This document shows positions 48,619 to 61,022 of a stretch of DNA of 64,000 nucleotides, piece after piece. The notes under the pieces were generated by a model. That model ran no database searches, was not told the origin of the DNA, and worked only from the letters and a program-made list of their open reading frames with translations. Each line of letters begins with the position of its first letter. Within the stretch, counting starts at the first letter, position 1. The stretch lies in assembly GCA_024682255.1 (NCBI GenBank), contig GCA_024682255.1_4716.1; one strand, written 5' to 3'. The DNA comes from a phage. Made by a program: the position numbers and the translations under genes.

Positions 48619-48936
48619 TTAGTTTGCACGTAAGAAATGACCCAGAACCGTTACGATTGGAAACAGCCCTGTAACAGTATCATCGCCCGAAAACATCATC
48701 ATTGTTCCGTTAACGGTGATGAAACGGATGTCGGTTGCGGACCCATCGATAGCGACAAAACGCATCGAGTTCGGTGGAAGGTCCTCAACAACTTCCACGA
48801 GATACTCGCGATTATCAAAGGCTTCTTTAACACGACGCATGAAACGAATCAATGTTCCTTCCGCGTCGGCTTCCAAATGACCTAAGATATCGCGATTATT
48901 ACGAATAGCGAATACAGCCATTTTAAACATACTCAT
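48619..48936 (-). CDS. hypothetical protein (105 aa)
   Basis: ATG with AAGGA upstream inside the conserved upstream element (copy 2). Confidence 0.55.
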   Translation of the reverse strand: MSMFKMAVFAIRNNRDILGHLEADAEGTLIRFMRRVKEAFDNREYLVEVVEDLPPNSMRFVAIDGSATDIRFITVNGTMMMFSGDDTVTGLFPIVTVLGHFLRAN

Positions 48937-48968
48937 CTTGACATCCTTTTATATTGGATTGGTTGCTA
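48937..48968 (-). promoter_or_regulatory. conserved ~32-nt upstream element (copy 2)
   Basis: gacatccttttatattggattg core nearly identical to 21333..21364. Confidence 0.4.
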
Positions 48969-48977
48969 ATAATTCAA

Positions 48978-49006
48978 GGTGAAGCTGATTACTGCATTGC
49001 TTCACC
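48978..49006 (-). terminator. hairpin (GGTGAAGC / GCTTCACC)
   Basis: Perfect 8-bp stem, 13-nt loop, downstream of the gene ending at 49045. Confidence 0.45.
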
Positions 49007-49044
49007 TAAGTAATATAGCCGTGAAAATTAATGTATTAACCTAT

Positions 49045-50001
49045 TCACGCTTTTGCTAAGTAGGGTTGGATCTCATTAATCCGTTTAACCACAACCTCAG
49101 GGAAAAGTTTGAGTATTTTATCAGGTGGTATTGAACCTTCCGTCCAACGATAGCGTTCAACCATCTCAATGCGTGGACTCCCTCCGACGTCAGCGATACG
49201 AAAGATACAGGCGATGCCTAAATCGAAGCATACGCTGTAAATATCTTCCGTACCTCCTTTATCAGCAAGTATTTTCGCAAAATGCTCGTTATCGGGAAGA
49301 ATGGCTAAATTACGGATACACCAAACATTATTCCCCATTTCTTCAAGTTTTGGGTAGGTTAAAGTGTGCCCGTATTGCGTTAACCATCGATGATTTTCGA
49401 GGTAGAAGTCCTTATCCCCTGGCCGATAACCCAGTATCACTCCCGTGTAGAAGAGATTGGGCATATCAAGCAGTTCTTGCACTGTCGGGCCGGTATGCTC
49501 CCAAAGACAGATTTGTTTACGGTCTATATCGTAATCTGTGACGTTACTCACCTCCCAACTTATCGTAAGTTCATCGGCAACGTGCCAACCTAAAGCGTGT
49601 TCGCCGCCAAGCAGATTAACAATGGTTGACACTTCATACTTGTCAAATACGCCTAAATTACGCGGTGGTTGCATCGTACGTAATGGCTCCCACAGCACAC
49701 TGTAATCATAGAGCAAATGGCGACATAAACTTTTTGTTAGGGGCGTCTGTTCAGTGAACAGGGGAAGAATCACCGTATCCAATAACGGGCGTAACGGATG
49801 ACCATCCGCTGGTAACGGGGCAGCCAGCCGACCTCCTTCTTTGGGGTAATCGAGACCAAACCCGTAACGCTCCGAAATGAGCGCAATCAACACTTTTGCT
49901 ACGCGGTTACGTAGCATGCGATGGATATCATCACTGTAACTGAATTTCGGTTTATTACCGCAAACGAAGGTGAAGTATCTGGGCGTTAGCACAGCCATCA
50001 T
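49045..50001 (-). CDS. hypothetical protein (318 aa)
   Basis: ATG with GAGGGAAAG upstream. Confidence 0.6.
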   Translation of the reverse strand: MMAVLTPRYFTFVCGNKPKFSYSDDIHRMLRNRVAKVLIALISERYGFGLDYPKEGGRLAAPLPADGHPLRPLLDTVILPLFTEQTPLTKSLCRHLLYDYSVLWEPLRTMQPPRNLGVFDKYEVSTIVNLLGGEHALGWHVADELTISWEVSNVTDYDIDRKQICLWEHTGPTVQELLDMPNLFYTGVILGYRPGDKDFYLENHRWLTQYGHTLTYPKLEEMGNNVWCIRNLAILPDNEHFAKILADKGGTEDIYSVCFDLGIACIFRIADVGGSPRIEMVERYRWTEGSIPPDKILKLFPEVVVKRINEIQPYLAKA

Positions 50002-50008
50002 CTTTCCC

Positions 50009-50455
50009 TCAATCTAAATAGTACGTGATGGATAGGTCTTTTCCATCGAATACAATATCCGTGCAGTCGTGAATGGTCGGTAATACCATTTTTGCTGCTA
50101 TTGGGACGTATGCCTGCAGTTCCATGTAGTTATTCATACGGAACGCACGACGCACCATCAACGGCGTTAATGTAAACGTTACGCTGACGTTACCGCTTGG
50201 GAGTAGGTGCATTATCGCATGCCCGTGATCACACCAGCAATGGTTTTCGATCCATCCGGTGTAAATCAGAATGTCTTTATTCTCGTCGTAATAAGCAATG
50301 CCTGACTGCTTTAAGTGGCTGGTAAACCGAGAGGCTTGCTCGTAGCCTGCGCGCAACATTCGAGCAACCAGTCGAGTATTGTTAGCGATTCGATTCTGTT
50401 CGTTGGTTTTTGTGGTTTTGAAAATTTCGATACGTTCTGCTTTTGTAATTTGCAT
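50009..50455 (-). CDS. hypothetical protein (148 aa) with His/Cys cluster
   Basis: ATG with AGGA upstream; NHCWCDHGHAIMH may bind metal. Confidence 0.55.
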   Translation of the reverse strand: MQITKAERIEIFKTTKTNEQNRIANNTRLVARMLRAGYEQASRFTSHLKQSGIAYYDENKDILIYTGWIENHCWCDHGHAIMHLLPSGNVSVTFTLTPLMVRRAFRMNNYMELQAYVPIAAKMVLPTIHDCTDIVFDGKDLSITYYLD

Positions 50456-50532
50456 GGTTACTGTCCTATTGCATTGTGTTTAGATAAGGAGGATTTACCC
50501 GGTATTAAAAAGTTATTTGGTGTGTAATGTTT

Positions 50533-51132
50533 TTACTTAGGTTCCAGTATTGGTCCGAACAACCAGAATGTCAGGCGCTGGTAAACCTGTTCGATGACTG
50601 CGGCTTCTGTTTGTTCTTCTAGTGCTTTCCCTTTCTTATGTTGTATTTCTGGCGGGATGTCGCCGTTGTAAACATACCCTGTTGAGAAGTCCCACGCCAA
50701 CCGTTTACCGAAAGTGGGTAAGAACACCTCTTCGAATCGGAACGCTTTCGAATTCCAATGAAGCAGCTGATCGGATTCAACATGTAAAGCTTTATTACGT
50801 TTGCTTGGCATGTTTCCGAAGTACTGAACGATAGCTGATTTCATAACCTGATCTGCGAAGTCTTTAGCTTCGGCCTCATCGAGGGGAGGCAGACGATGTG
50901 ATAGATTCAGCTTGCGTTGTTCAACATCAATCTTACGCATCGCTTTAATCAAATCACCAGGAACGATTTTACCCTTATGGCCTTCCTGTCGGTGTACGAA
51001 ACACCCCTGGAATAACACGCAAAGTTCTTGAGGCGCGCTGCTTTCCATTCGTCCGTAAGCAACGATCACCGATCGACGACGATCGATAACTTCGCGGATA
51101 AACCGCGGCTCAGTAATACTCACCACTGTCAT
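50533..51132 (-). CDS. hypothetical protein (199 aa)
   Basis: ATG with AGAGGG upstream. Confidence 0.55.
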   Translation of the reverse strand: MTVVSITEPRFIREVIDRRRSVIVAYGRMESSAPQELCVLFQGCFVHRQEGHKGKIVPGDLIKAMRKIDVEQRKLNLSHRLPPLDEAEAKDFADQVMKSAIVQYFGNMPSKRNKALHVESDQLLHWNSKAFRFEEVFLPTFGKRLAWDFSTGYVYNGDIPPEIQHKKGKALEEQTEAAVIEQVYQRLTFWLFGPILEPK

Positions 51133-51176
51133 TTAAAGCCCTCTTTATCTTTTTCCATTTCTCTTTACATAACCAC

Positions 51177-51863
51177 TTAAGACGTTGCCATCTTATCTTC
51201 CAGAGACTTCTTCGGTAAACCATGGATAACTCCTTCCGGGGTTAAGAACACACAGTCTGGATTCTGCGTTCGTGAACGGTCGTCTGGACTGTTCAACGAA
51301 AACAGCAATGCAGAAATACCTTTTGTCCGATTTAACGTTGCGACGATCACGTCAAGCTGCCGTAGCGCATCCGATACGGTTCGATGAGGAACGATTCGTG
51401 ACTGTTTGAAGCTGGCTAACCGCCAAGTCTCGAACAAACAACGCAGTTTAAACACGTCGGACGGAATAGCTGTAGATCCCTGTTCAATAACCTCAACCCG
51501 ATCCGCTTCAGGATAACCTACAGCAACCGCACTAAAGTGTCTTACCCCATTATGAAAATCATCGATAGACGCTTCAGCGTATTTACATACCGTGCCAGAA
51601 ACGACCATCACTTTTGCTAAACCGCGATAATTGATCGTTAACGGAATACGAAATACGCGTAAAGCATGTTCCGGATTTAATGAGACGTCATTCACTTTCG
51701 CAGATACCAACGCACCTCGTTCATATCGAGCTTTGAACGGCAGCCCATTATAAACAGGATTGATCACAACGCCCCCTGGGGAGGCGTTAGCGTTAAGATG
51801 AATGTTAAGCCAATCGGATACTTCCTGTCTGCTGGTTACGATTAACATAAAACGGTCCTCCAT
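51177..51863 (-). CDS. hypothetical protein (~229 aa)
   Basis: ATG (MEDRFM...) with AAGGAAAAG upstream, just after the methyltransferase stop; earlier in-frame ATG would overlap that gene. Confidence 0.5.
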   Translation of the reverse strand: MEDRFMLIVTSRQEVSDWLNIHLNANASPGGVVINPVYNGLPFKARYERGALVSAKVNDVSLNPEHALRVFRIPLTINYRGLAKVMVVSGTVCKYAEASIDDFHNGVRHFSAVAVGYPEADRVEVIEQGSTAIPSDVFKLRCLFETWRLASFKQSRIVPHRTVSDALRQLDVIVATLNRTKGISALLFSLNSPDDRSRTQNPDCVFLTPEGVIHGLPKKSLEDKMATS

Positions 51864-51873
51864 TTCTTTTCCT

Positions 51874-52524
51874 TCATTCATGGCGCATATCTTCCAAATC
51901 ATCCTTTTGTTTTGTAAATTCTGATTGCTTGCGATAAACCTCCCATGAGTCGTATATACCGTAAAAGTTCAAATGGCGTGCATTTAAGTTCACAGTAAAT
52001 TCTTCCACAGAGGCAAAATCCGAACGAAGCATCGAATGGAAGGTGTCATCTCCAGTGCAGCCTCCGTATCCTTCACCCTGATAGACCAAAAGCTGGTGAG
52101 GTTGGATACGTGCGGCAACCAATGCGGCTTGTGGTTCGTCGTAAGGTGGCCATGACAGTAGAATAACGTCGTACTGTGAAAGATCGATGTTTGTGTAGTC
52201 GGCTTGCTGAATGTCCTCGATAAACGGGTGGGGATGTAATTCCGTATCGTAAGCGGCAATGTCCTCAACACCAAGTTTACGCAACACATAGGTCAGGTAA
52301 CCTGTCCCACAACCCAGGTCAGCAACACGTCGCCCGTAACAGATGTTCGCTAACTGGAGCGCGGTATCCATGGTTAACAACGACCATCCGACGTGTTGGG
52401 TATATTCTTCACGCACAATCCATTGTTGATGGTGCGTCATCGGTTCTAAGATAGCAGCAAGCTGCTGGTACGCCAACGGCATTTTGGTTTCGCCTTGCGT
52501 GAGTAATGCAATAACATCGTTCAT
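51874..52524 (-). CDS. class I SAM-dependent methyltransferase (~217 aa)
   Basis: Motif I VADLGCGTGYLT, acidic post-I residue (AYDTE), motif IV-like LLSWPPY; ATG (MNDVIALL...) chosen because the track N-terminus spans a terminator hairpin. Confidence 0.6.
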   Translation of the reverse strand: MNDVIALLTQGETKMPLAYQQLAAILEPMTHHQQWIVREEYTQHVGWSLLTMDTALQLANICYGRRVADLGCGTGYLTYVLRKLGVEDIAAYDTELHPHPFIEDIQQADYTNIDLSQYDVILLSWPPYDEPQAALVAARIQPHQLLVYQGEGYGGCTGDDTFHSMLRSDFASVEEFTVNLNARHLNFYGIYDSWEVYRKQSEFTKQKDDLEDMRHE

Positions 52525-52548
52525 TTTGTTTCCTTTTATCGGCATAAG

Positions 52549-52567
52549 CCCTCCCATGCCGGGAGGG
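52549..52567 (-). terminator. hairpin (CCCTCCC-atgcc-GGGAGGG)
   Basis: Perfect 7-bp stem just after the gene ending at 52573. Confidence 0.5.
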
Positions 52568-52572
52568 TACAA

Positions 52573-53001
52573 TTATTCATTTTCAATAACTTTAAGATTC
52601 GGTGTACCGAGCGTTTTCTTCACCAACGCCTCGGCAACACGTTTCTCGATGAAATCGGTCGCATTGCTTCCGTCTATCGTGCGCATGTCACCACGGAAGT
52701 TATTGAAGACCATAAACAAGTCACAACCGTCGATAGGTATCGCAAGATCATAACTGACTTGTGATGCTGTGAAATGGACACCCACGACAACGGCGGGAAC
52801 GAATTTAACCGCTGTGTTATCTCCTTCTTCTCCGGTTCCGAACGGAAGCTCAACACGATCACCGATAGAGAACTGTGAGACATCATTAATCGCGTGAGTT
52901 AGTGCGATTCGTTGCATGTCGGCGATCTTTTCCTTATTCGCGTCGCAAGGTAGGTTCAAGACTTCTTCCAACGTGAAGAATTTACGATCGAACCAGCTCA
53001 T
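52573..53001 (-). CDS. hypothetical protein (142 aa)
   Basis: ATG with AAGGAG 7 nt upstream. Confidence 0.6.
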   Translation of the reverse strand: MSWFDRKFFTLEEVLNLPCDANKEKIADMQRIALTHAINDVSQFSIGDRVELPFGTGEEGDNTAVKFVPAVVVGVHFTASQVSYDLAIPIDGCDLFMVFNNFRGDMRTIDGSNATDFIEKRVAEALVKKTLGTPNLKVIENE

Positions 53002-53002
53002 G

Positions 53003-53536
53003 TTAAGCTCCTTTCTGTTTTACGGACGATGTTAACCAGGACGATCTTACCGTGAAACCCTCAGACTCATAGAACGCCTGGGCTTCAGCGTTATCGGCAC
53101 GAACATCCAGGCCAATAGAATGCCCACCGCACTGGTAAGCGATGTTACGTGCTTCGTTCATCAAGGCGTGGCCGATACCACGTCCGCGATATTCGGGTTT
53201 TACAACAATCGATGTAACGTCATGAATGCCCATATGGCTCTCTATATTCACTTCCAAGAGGCCTACCGGCATCGAAGCGATGGCGTCGATCATAACGACC
53301 AACTTTGCAGTGTCCGGTAAACGCTTTTCTAATTCTAAGGCATCGTACTCGCGTTTTAAATCGGGGATATTCTCAAACATAAACGTGGTAGCCCAAGCCT
53401 CTGATTCTACGTCGTCGAGAATACGGTACAGCTCACGAATCTGTCGTTTATGTGGGTAAAGGTGTGGATCGGCGGCCGTTGAGGCGATAACGCAATAGAA
53501 CGGCCGTTCATTAATAACTACTGTTTTGATGCTCAT
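53003..53536 (-). CDS. GNAT-family N-acetyltransferase (177 aa)
   Basis: Acetyl-CoA-binding motif region VVKPEYRGRGIGHALMNEA; ATG overlaps upstream TGA. Confidence 0.65.
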   Translation of the reverse strand: MSIKTVVINERPFYCVIASTAADPHLYPHKRQIRELYRILDDVESEAWATTFMFENIPDLKREYDALELEKRLPDTAKLVVMIDAIASMPVGLLEVNIESHMGIHDVTSIVVKPEYRGRGIGHALMNEARNIAYQCGGHSIGLDVRADNAEAQAFYESEGFTVRSSWLTSSVKQKGA

Positions 53537-54039
53537 GCTAAAATTCCCTCATTACCTAACAGTCGATTACGATGACGTCGGTACATTTGACAAAGTGTTG
53601 TGATTTGATAATGTTTGTTGTAACGCACCTCGATACGTTTTTGCACCTCTTTCCATGGAAGTTTATCGTATTGCCGATAACGATGGATTTCATTTAACAT
53701 ACGAAGACGAGTAGGATCGGTGTTCTTTATCGTCGTGAGCTTCACGCGTTGGTATCCGCGCTGTAGTCCCGATTCGGAATACGTGACATCAAACTCATCC
53801 TGAATGATGGTAATGATCTCCCGCCACCGACGGTTCTCGCCATCACGTAAATGGACAACCCGCGATAAGATATCGTTCCGATTACGATGACTCAGTTTGA
53901 TGTTAAGCATTGAAGCAATCGCGCTAATGGCTCTCTGACTCCGTCCTAACGCTTCACCTATTTCTTTCGATGTCATGACGCCCGCGTTTCGGCGTATGAA
54001 TGCGATTTCGGTTGTTGTGTATTCTTTACCTGCTGCCAT
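53533..54039 (-). CDS. HTH-domain protein, member 6 of a tandem paralog array
   Basis: YTTTEIAFIRRNAGVMTSKEIGEALGRSQRAISAIASML helix-turn-helix-like unit plus conserved C-terminal region; 67-nt overlap with the upstream gene. Confidence 0.5.
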   Translation of the reverse strand: MAAGKEYTTTEIAFIRRNAGVMTSKEIGEALGRSQRAISAIASMLNIKLSHRNRNDILSRVVHLRDGENRRWREIITIIQDEFDVTYSESGLQRGYQRVKLTTIKNTDPTRLRMLNEIHRYRQYDKLPWKEVQKRIEVRYNKHYQITTLCQMYRRHRNRLLGNEGILA

Positions 54040-54503
54040 TTCTTACCACGTGTGTTATAATAGTAACGCTGACAAAGATGTGTGTGACGATACTCCCGTT
54101 TGAACTCGACGCTAATGATGCGAGCAACTTCTCTCCAGTTAACCCCTTCACGTCGAAGTGCTGTAATACGGTCTGAAATTTTGCACCATTCATCTGGGTC
54201 GTATCGACGTAGCTTAAGTCGTCGTATTACGGAGGCGACGCTCGCTCTCGATCGGCCAAGATGATTTGACAGCTGTTTAACCGAGTATCTGTGGATATTG
54301 TCACGAATATAGGAAATCTCGTTGTTCGTATATGCCTCATTGGTTCTCGACGAAGGGAACAGCATATACAACTTATTCTTAATCGCGCTTTCTGTGCGTT
54401 GAAATACAGCAGCCAGCTCACTAACCGGTGGTCTGGGTATCTGGTCCGCGTAATTCTCGAGGCGTGAGAGTTCCTCATCTGTCCAGCGACGGTATTTGCG
54501 CAT
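53973..54503 (-). CDS. double-HTH protein, member 5 of the array
   Basis: Start set to ATG (MRKYRRWTDEEL...) with AAGGAG upstream; two HTH-like units. Confidence 0.55.
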   Translation of the reverse strand: MRKYRRWTDEELSRLENYADQIPRPPVSELAAVFQRTESAIKNKLYMLFPSSRTNEAYTNNEISYIRDNIHRYSVKQLSNHLGRSRASVASVIRRLKLRRYDPDEWCKISDRITALRREGVNWREVARIISVEFKREYRHTHLCQRYYYNTRGKKWQQVKNTQQPKSHSYAETRAS

Positions 54504-54978
54504 AGGCAGCTCCTTTGTTTTTCGTGTAGTAACACCAACGTTGATACAACGCATGTTTATTCGTTGTAATCCCAAATTTAACAACAACGTCGTAGGTAAT
54601 AACATCCCAATTTTGGGTGACGTTAAGTCGTTCCGCGATAAACGCGATAATCGCTTCCCGTTCTTGCTTGGTGAGCGCACGACGAATTCCGTTAAGCCGT
54701 ATAAACTGACGAACCGAGTCATACGAACGGTTTAAATCGTACGCAATCTCCCGCAGCGATTTTTGTCTGATTACCGACTTGATGTATGCGCGTTCTTCTT
54801 CCGTGTACGGCCGATGCTTTTGACGTTGACGTATTCCCAAACGCCCCAGACGCGCGTCGACGCTGGCGCGTGTTCGTCCTGTCCGTTGCGCAATTTCATC
54901 AATCGTCATCGACGTGTTCAAATACAGATGCGTAACATCTTTCAGCTCGTCGTCACGCCACGGTTGAGATCGTCCCAT
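54475..54978 (-). CDS. double-HTH protein, member 4 of the array
   Basis: WRDDELKDVTHLYLNTSMTIDEIAQRTGRTRASVDARL and YTEEERAYIKSVIRQKSLREIAYDLNRSYDSVRQFI units; GAGGGA upstream. Confidence 0.6.
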   Translation of the reverse strand: MGRSQPWRDDELKDVTHLYLNTSMTIDEIAQRTGRTRASVDARLGRLGIRQRQKHRPYTEEERAYIKSVIRQKSLREIAYDLNRSYDSVRQFIRLNGIRRALTKQEREAIIAFIAERLNVTQNWDVITYDVVVKFGITTNKHALYQRWCYYTKNKGAAYAQIPSLDR

Positions 54979-55456
54979 CTTGTATCCCTCTTTTCTTTCT
55001 ATGATGCCACCAACGCTGATAGACAGCTTGCTTCGTACGTGTTATACCGAAATGCTCATTAACCCGTTCAGCAATGTAGTACCAATCCTGTGTTTCTTCC
55101 AACAATCTATCAACGAAGGCTATGAAGATCTTAGTATCAGCCTCGCTTAACCGCTTAAAACCATGACGGTGTGCAATCGTTCTAATACTGTTTGGATCCC
55201 TGTTTAAATCGCGTGCGAGTTGTTTGTAACTTTTGTGTTTGCAGTGCACTCTGATATATTCCAGCTCACCGACGCTGAAACGTTTATGGGGTTTACGACG
55301 TTCAACATTTAAGTATACCAACCTCGATTTAATTGCACCGTACGTTGTTTCCATGATTTCTGCGATTTCACGGATTTTTAATTTCGGGTGACGATAGTAC
55401 AATTCCAGCAACTGTTCATCATCCTTACGATTCCATCGTCGTACTGGAGGTTTCAC
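54953..55456 (-). CDS. double-HTH protein, member 3 of the array
   Basis: GTG start with AGGAG upstream; WNRKDDEQLLELYY...IREIAEIMETTYGAIKSRL and second unit. Confidence 0.55.
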   Translation of the reverse strand: MKPPVRRWNRKDDEQLLELYYRHPKLKIREIAEIMETTYGAIKSRLVYLNVERRKPHKRFSVGELEYIRVHCKHKSYKQLARDLNRDPNSIRTIAHRHGFKRLSEADTKIFIAFVDRLLEETQDWYYIAERVNEHFGITRTKQAVYQRWWHHRKKRGIQDGTISTVA

Positions 55457-55469
55457 AACGAGATTTCTC

Positions 55470-55937
55470 CTATTCTACGCGTTTTAATGCTTGAGTGTAG
55501 TAGAGGCTATGAACACCGCTTAACGTGTAATGGGTGTTAAATTCATTATTGATGATGTTCCGTATTCTCTCCCAGGTGTTATTCTCTTTTCTAAGGGCGT
55601 GTATTCGATAATAAATCATCTCTCGACGTTGCGCTTTGCATGCAACAATACCGTAACGGTAGCAGAGTTTAGCGATTGCGTCCACGCTACGATTGAACAT
55701 CGCTGCAGCTTCTTTTACGCTATGCGTCTTAAGATAATCAGCTAACATCACACGTTCTTCGAAACAACAATAGCGGTGACGCGACATGAGTTTCCAGCGC
55801 TTGCGATTGCGGTTAATTCGACCTTGAACAGAGCCTTCTGTTCGGTCAAGCCGTGCCGCAATCTCTTGCATCGGGATACCGTTTCGGTACAGGGTAATCA
55901 ATATCGCGTCTTCTTCGGGTGTCCAGTCCTTGACCAT
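55470..55937 (-). CDS. double-HTH protein, member 2 of the array
   Basis: WTPEEDAILITLYRNGIPMQEIAARLDRTEGSVQGRI and second unit; ATG start. Confidence 0.6.
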   Translation of the reverse strand: MVKDWTPEEDAILITLYRNGIPMQEIAARLDRTEGSVQGRINRNRKRWKLMSRHRYCCFEERVMLADYLKTHSVKEAAAMFNRSVDAIAKLCYRYGIVACKAQRREMIYYRIHALRKENNTWERIRNIINNEFNTHYTLSGVHSLYYTQALKRVE

Positions 55938-55949
55938 AGCGCCACCCCA

Positions 55950-58613
<2,664 letters not shown>

Positions 58614-58720
58614 GTTGTCGTTTCCTCCATACGAAACCAAAAAATTGTCAAAATGTACATCAGCATAACGCCCGTGCCCGCCCATGATGGGAGGGACACA
58701 GGCAATACGCTTTTATTTCG

Positions 58721-59329
58721 TCAAGACTTCACGACGCATTCGACTTCGTCGTTCATATAAGCTTCGTATAACGACAGCACTTCCTTCATTTTAATTTCAG
58801 GTAACGCGACGGAACGAATCGCTTTCAGGATATTCCGTGTTTGATGGTGTTTAACCTTCGCTTCACGTAGTTTACAGAATTGACGGATACAGGTATTAAC
58901 CTTACCCCCTTCAGCACGTTCGAGGGCGACATGCAGTTTCAGGTCAAGTAATACTTCCGTGAGTTCCTGGGTGGCAGGATCGTTACGAATAAGTCGCACT
59001 GTACGCTCATCTGGATTCAGCATCTCGAGATACTGAAGCTTGATATGTTCAGGTACGGGTTTCGTGTTCATCATGATGGCATCAAGCTGTTCCTTAACAC
59101 CCGGCTCATTAAACACGTAACGTTCGATGCTTACGACGTGTGCTTTTCCTGACTCACCATAAACCGCCATCGCGCGATAGTCATCAAACAACACAGCATA
59201 CAACAAATCCTGTTCTGGTCCGATGGTACCGTCGATGAGATTCGGCGCATGCTTCTTCAGGAAGCCGTAGCGAACAGCTTCATCAGGCATGAGTGCCCAC
59301 GCATTAACGGGTTGCTTTACGAGTTCCAT
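58721..59329 (-). CDS. hypothetical protein (~202 aa)
   Basis: ATG (MELVKQ...) with GAGGTG upstream; track frame begins with GTG at 59353. Confidence 0.55.
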   Translation of the reverse strand: MELVKQPVNAWALMPDEAVRYGFLKKHAPNLIDGTIGPEQDLLYAVLFDDYRAMAVYGESGKAHVVSIERYVFNEPGVKEQLDAIMMNTKPVPEHIKLQYLEMLNPDERTVRLIRNDPATQELTEVLLDLKLHVALERAEGGKVNTCIRQFCKLREAKVKHHQTRNILKAIRSVALPEIKMKEVLSLYEAYMNDEVECVVKS

Positions 59330-59597
59330 GTAACACCTCATCAAGATTATCACTTACACCTGGCGGTACCACGATACCGGTACGAATCACGGCAGCAACT
59401 TCCTGCATGCCTTTACCCTTCAACGCATAGGTTTCATGTACCGTATTACGTCGCGTCGTTAACCCAACAAATTTACATACAACCATGTTGTTTTCTGAAA
59501 GGTAAGCGGTGTCGAGTTCACCGTGCAACAATTCTTTCTCTTTGGTATCAATACCCAATAACGCAATTTGATAAGCTGAAAGTTTCCAATAGCGCAT
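59304..59597 (-). CDS. hypothetical protein (~97 aa)
   Basis: Internal ATG with GGGTGA upstream; 26-nt overlap with the downstream gene; start uncertain. Confidence 0.4.
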   Translation of the reverse strand: MRYWKLSAYQIALLGIDTKEKELLHGELDTAYLSENNMVVCKFVGLTTRRNTVHETYALKGKGMQEVAAVIRTGIVVPPGVSDNLDEVLHGTRKATR

Positions 59598-59613
59598 GTT
59601 ATCACCCAAACTG

Positions 59614-60030
59614 TTAAGAAGCATCCTGTTTAATGTCGATGAGTATTTCCGTTCGAACCGGATTAGTCAGCACAGCACGCATGCGTTCAAGCATCATCGG
59701 GTTATCCGTAACCACCACATCGGCGTAACACAACGGATGGCTTTCGAATACTTCGGTGTCACTTACTAACAGAACGCCCATCACATTTACGTATTGCGGT
59801 ATGCGTCCACGGATGCGTTGCCACATGTCTTGAGTAATGTCTTCGTTTTCTAATGCAACCACGACAACAGGACTGATATTTACCGGGAAACGTGGATGCA
59901 CCGTGCGGCGAAAGGTTACCCAGCTTTCGACGTGGGTTAATGCAAGTTCGAGAGAACAGCACTTTGGAGAGATCTGTATGTTTATTTGCTGAATCAATGA
60001 AAGGGGGTTTTGTACAGTCGCTTCAGCCAT
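59614..60030 (-). CDS. hypothetical protein (138 aa)
   Basis: ATG with AGGAAAAAG upstream. Confidence 0.55.
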   Translation of the reverse strand: MAEATVQNPLSLIQQINIQISPKCCSLELALTHVESWVTFRRTVHPRFPVNISPVVVVALENEDITQDMWQRIRGRIPQYVNVMGVLLVSDTEVFESHPLCYADVVVTDNPMMLERMRAVLTNPVRTEILIDIKQDAS

Positions 60031-61008
60031 TTACTTTTTCCTGAAAATTAATGTCGGTAAGCCGTTTCTTACAGCATAATACAACACTAAGAGGTTAATC
60101 TTGCCAGCGGATACAGTAAGCATTTTACGACGACGTGGTAAACCAACCGGTACGGTAGATGCCATCGTTGCGCTGTTCTTGAACGTTTGGGAATAACGTC
60201 GCAGCGACGCTTCACCTAACAATGGAAGGAACAGATCCTCGGTAAGAATATCATCGCAGATATACGTAATCGCAAGTAACGGCGGATTCCACTCGTTCAG
60301 GAACTCGAAAATCTCGTTTGCGATACCCAGCGCGTTATTGGGAAGCGGAACCTCACGAACGTATTTCTGATTGCCTTTATCCAGCAGGATTCTTGACATA
60401 CAGTAATCGTGGATTATACCCGAAATATCATCCGCTGTTTCTGCGCTCTGCATCAACGCCTGTGCTTCTTCCCAGGTCAGTTGACGTTTTGTTTCGTAGT
60501 AGGTTGGTTTCAAAACCGCGTAGAAATCATGGATTAAACGACCAACGTCGCCACGGGTTTTCTCTGCCAACGCGATCGCGTACGCTTTCTTCTCCGCATC
60601 CGTTAAGATCTGATTACGCCACAGTTCGTATTCGTCTAACAGCTCGGTGTATTTGGCTGTCCATTCAGAGGAAAGATAATAACCAATACTATCAATCAGA
60701 GCATGTGTTAAAACACCCAGACGCTCGCGTCTTGGATCGACCGACGGCTCATAGACAAAAGGTAGCTTCGGTTTTTCAAAGCCGCTGGCTACGACGGTAT
60801 CTGAAAAAGCGTTAGCGAAAACACCCATCGGTTTCCACGACGTAAGGAGATCCTGATACAGCATTGGATGAACGTTATTAATCGCTGTGAGTTTATCATC
60901 GAAAAGACTCACGCTTGGATGTTCGGCATTCGCAAGCTCAAAATAAATTCTTTCGAGCAACGCCTTTACCGCATCGCGTGTCTTATCGATTGGGCCAACA
61001 GAAGCCAT
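60031..61008 (-). CDS. hypothetical protein (325 aa)
   Basis: ATG with GAGGA upstream; abuts the next gene. Confidence 0.6.
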   Translation of the reverse strand: MASVGPIDKTRDAVKALLERIYFELANAEHPSVSLFDDKLTAINNVHPMLYQDLLTSWKPMGVFANAFSDTVVASGFEKPKLPFVYEPSVDPRRERLGVLTHALIDSIGYYLSSEWTAKYTELLDEYELWRNQILTDAEKKAYAIALAEKTRGDVGRLIHDFYAVLKPTYYETKRQLTWEEAQALMQSAETADDISGIIHDYCMSRILLDKGNQKYVREVPLPNNALGIANEIFEFLNEWNPPLLAITYICDDILTEDLFLPLLGEASLRRYSQTFKNSATMASTVPVGLPRRRKMLTVSAGKINLLVLYYAVRNGLPTLIFRKK

Positions 61009-61022
61009 GTAAATTATCCTCG

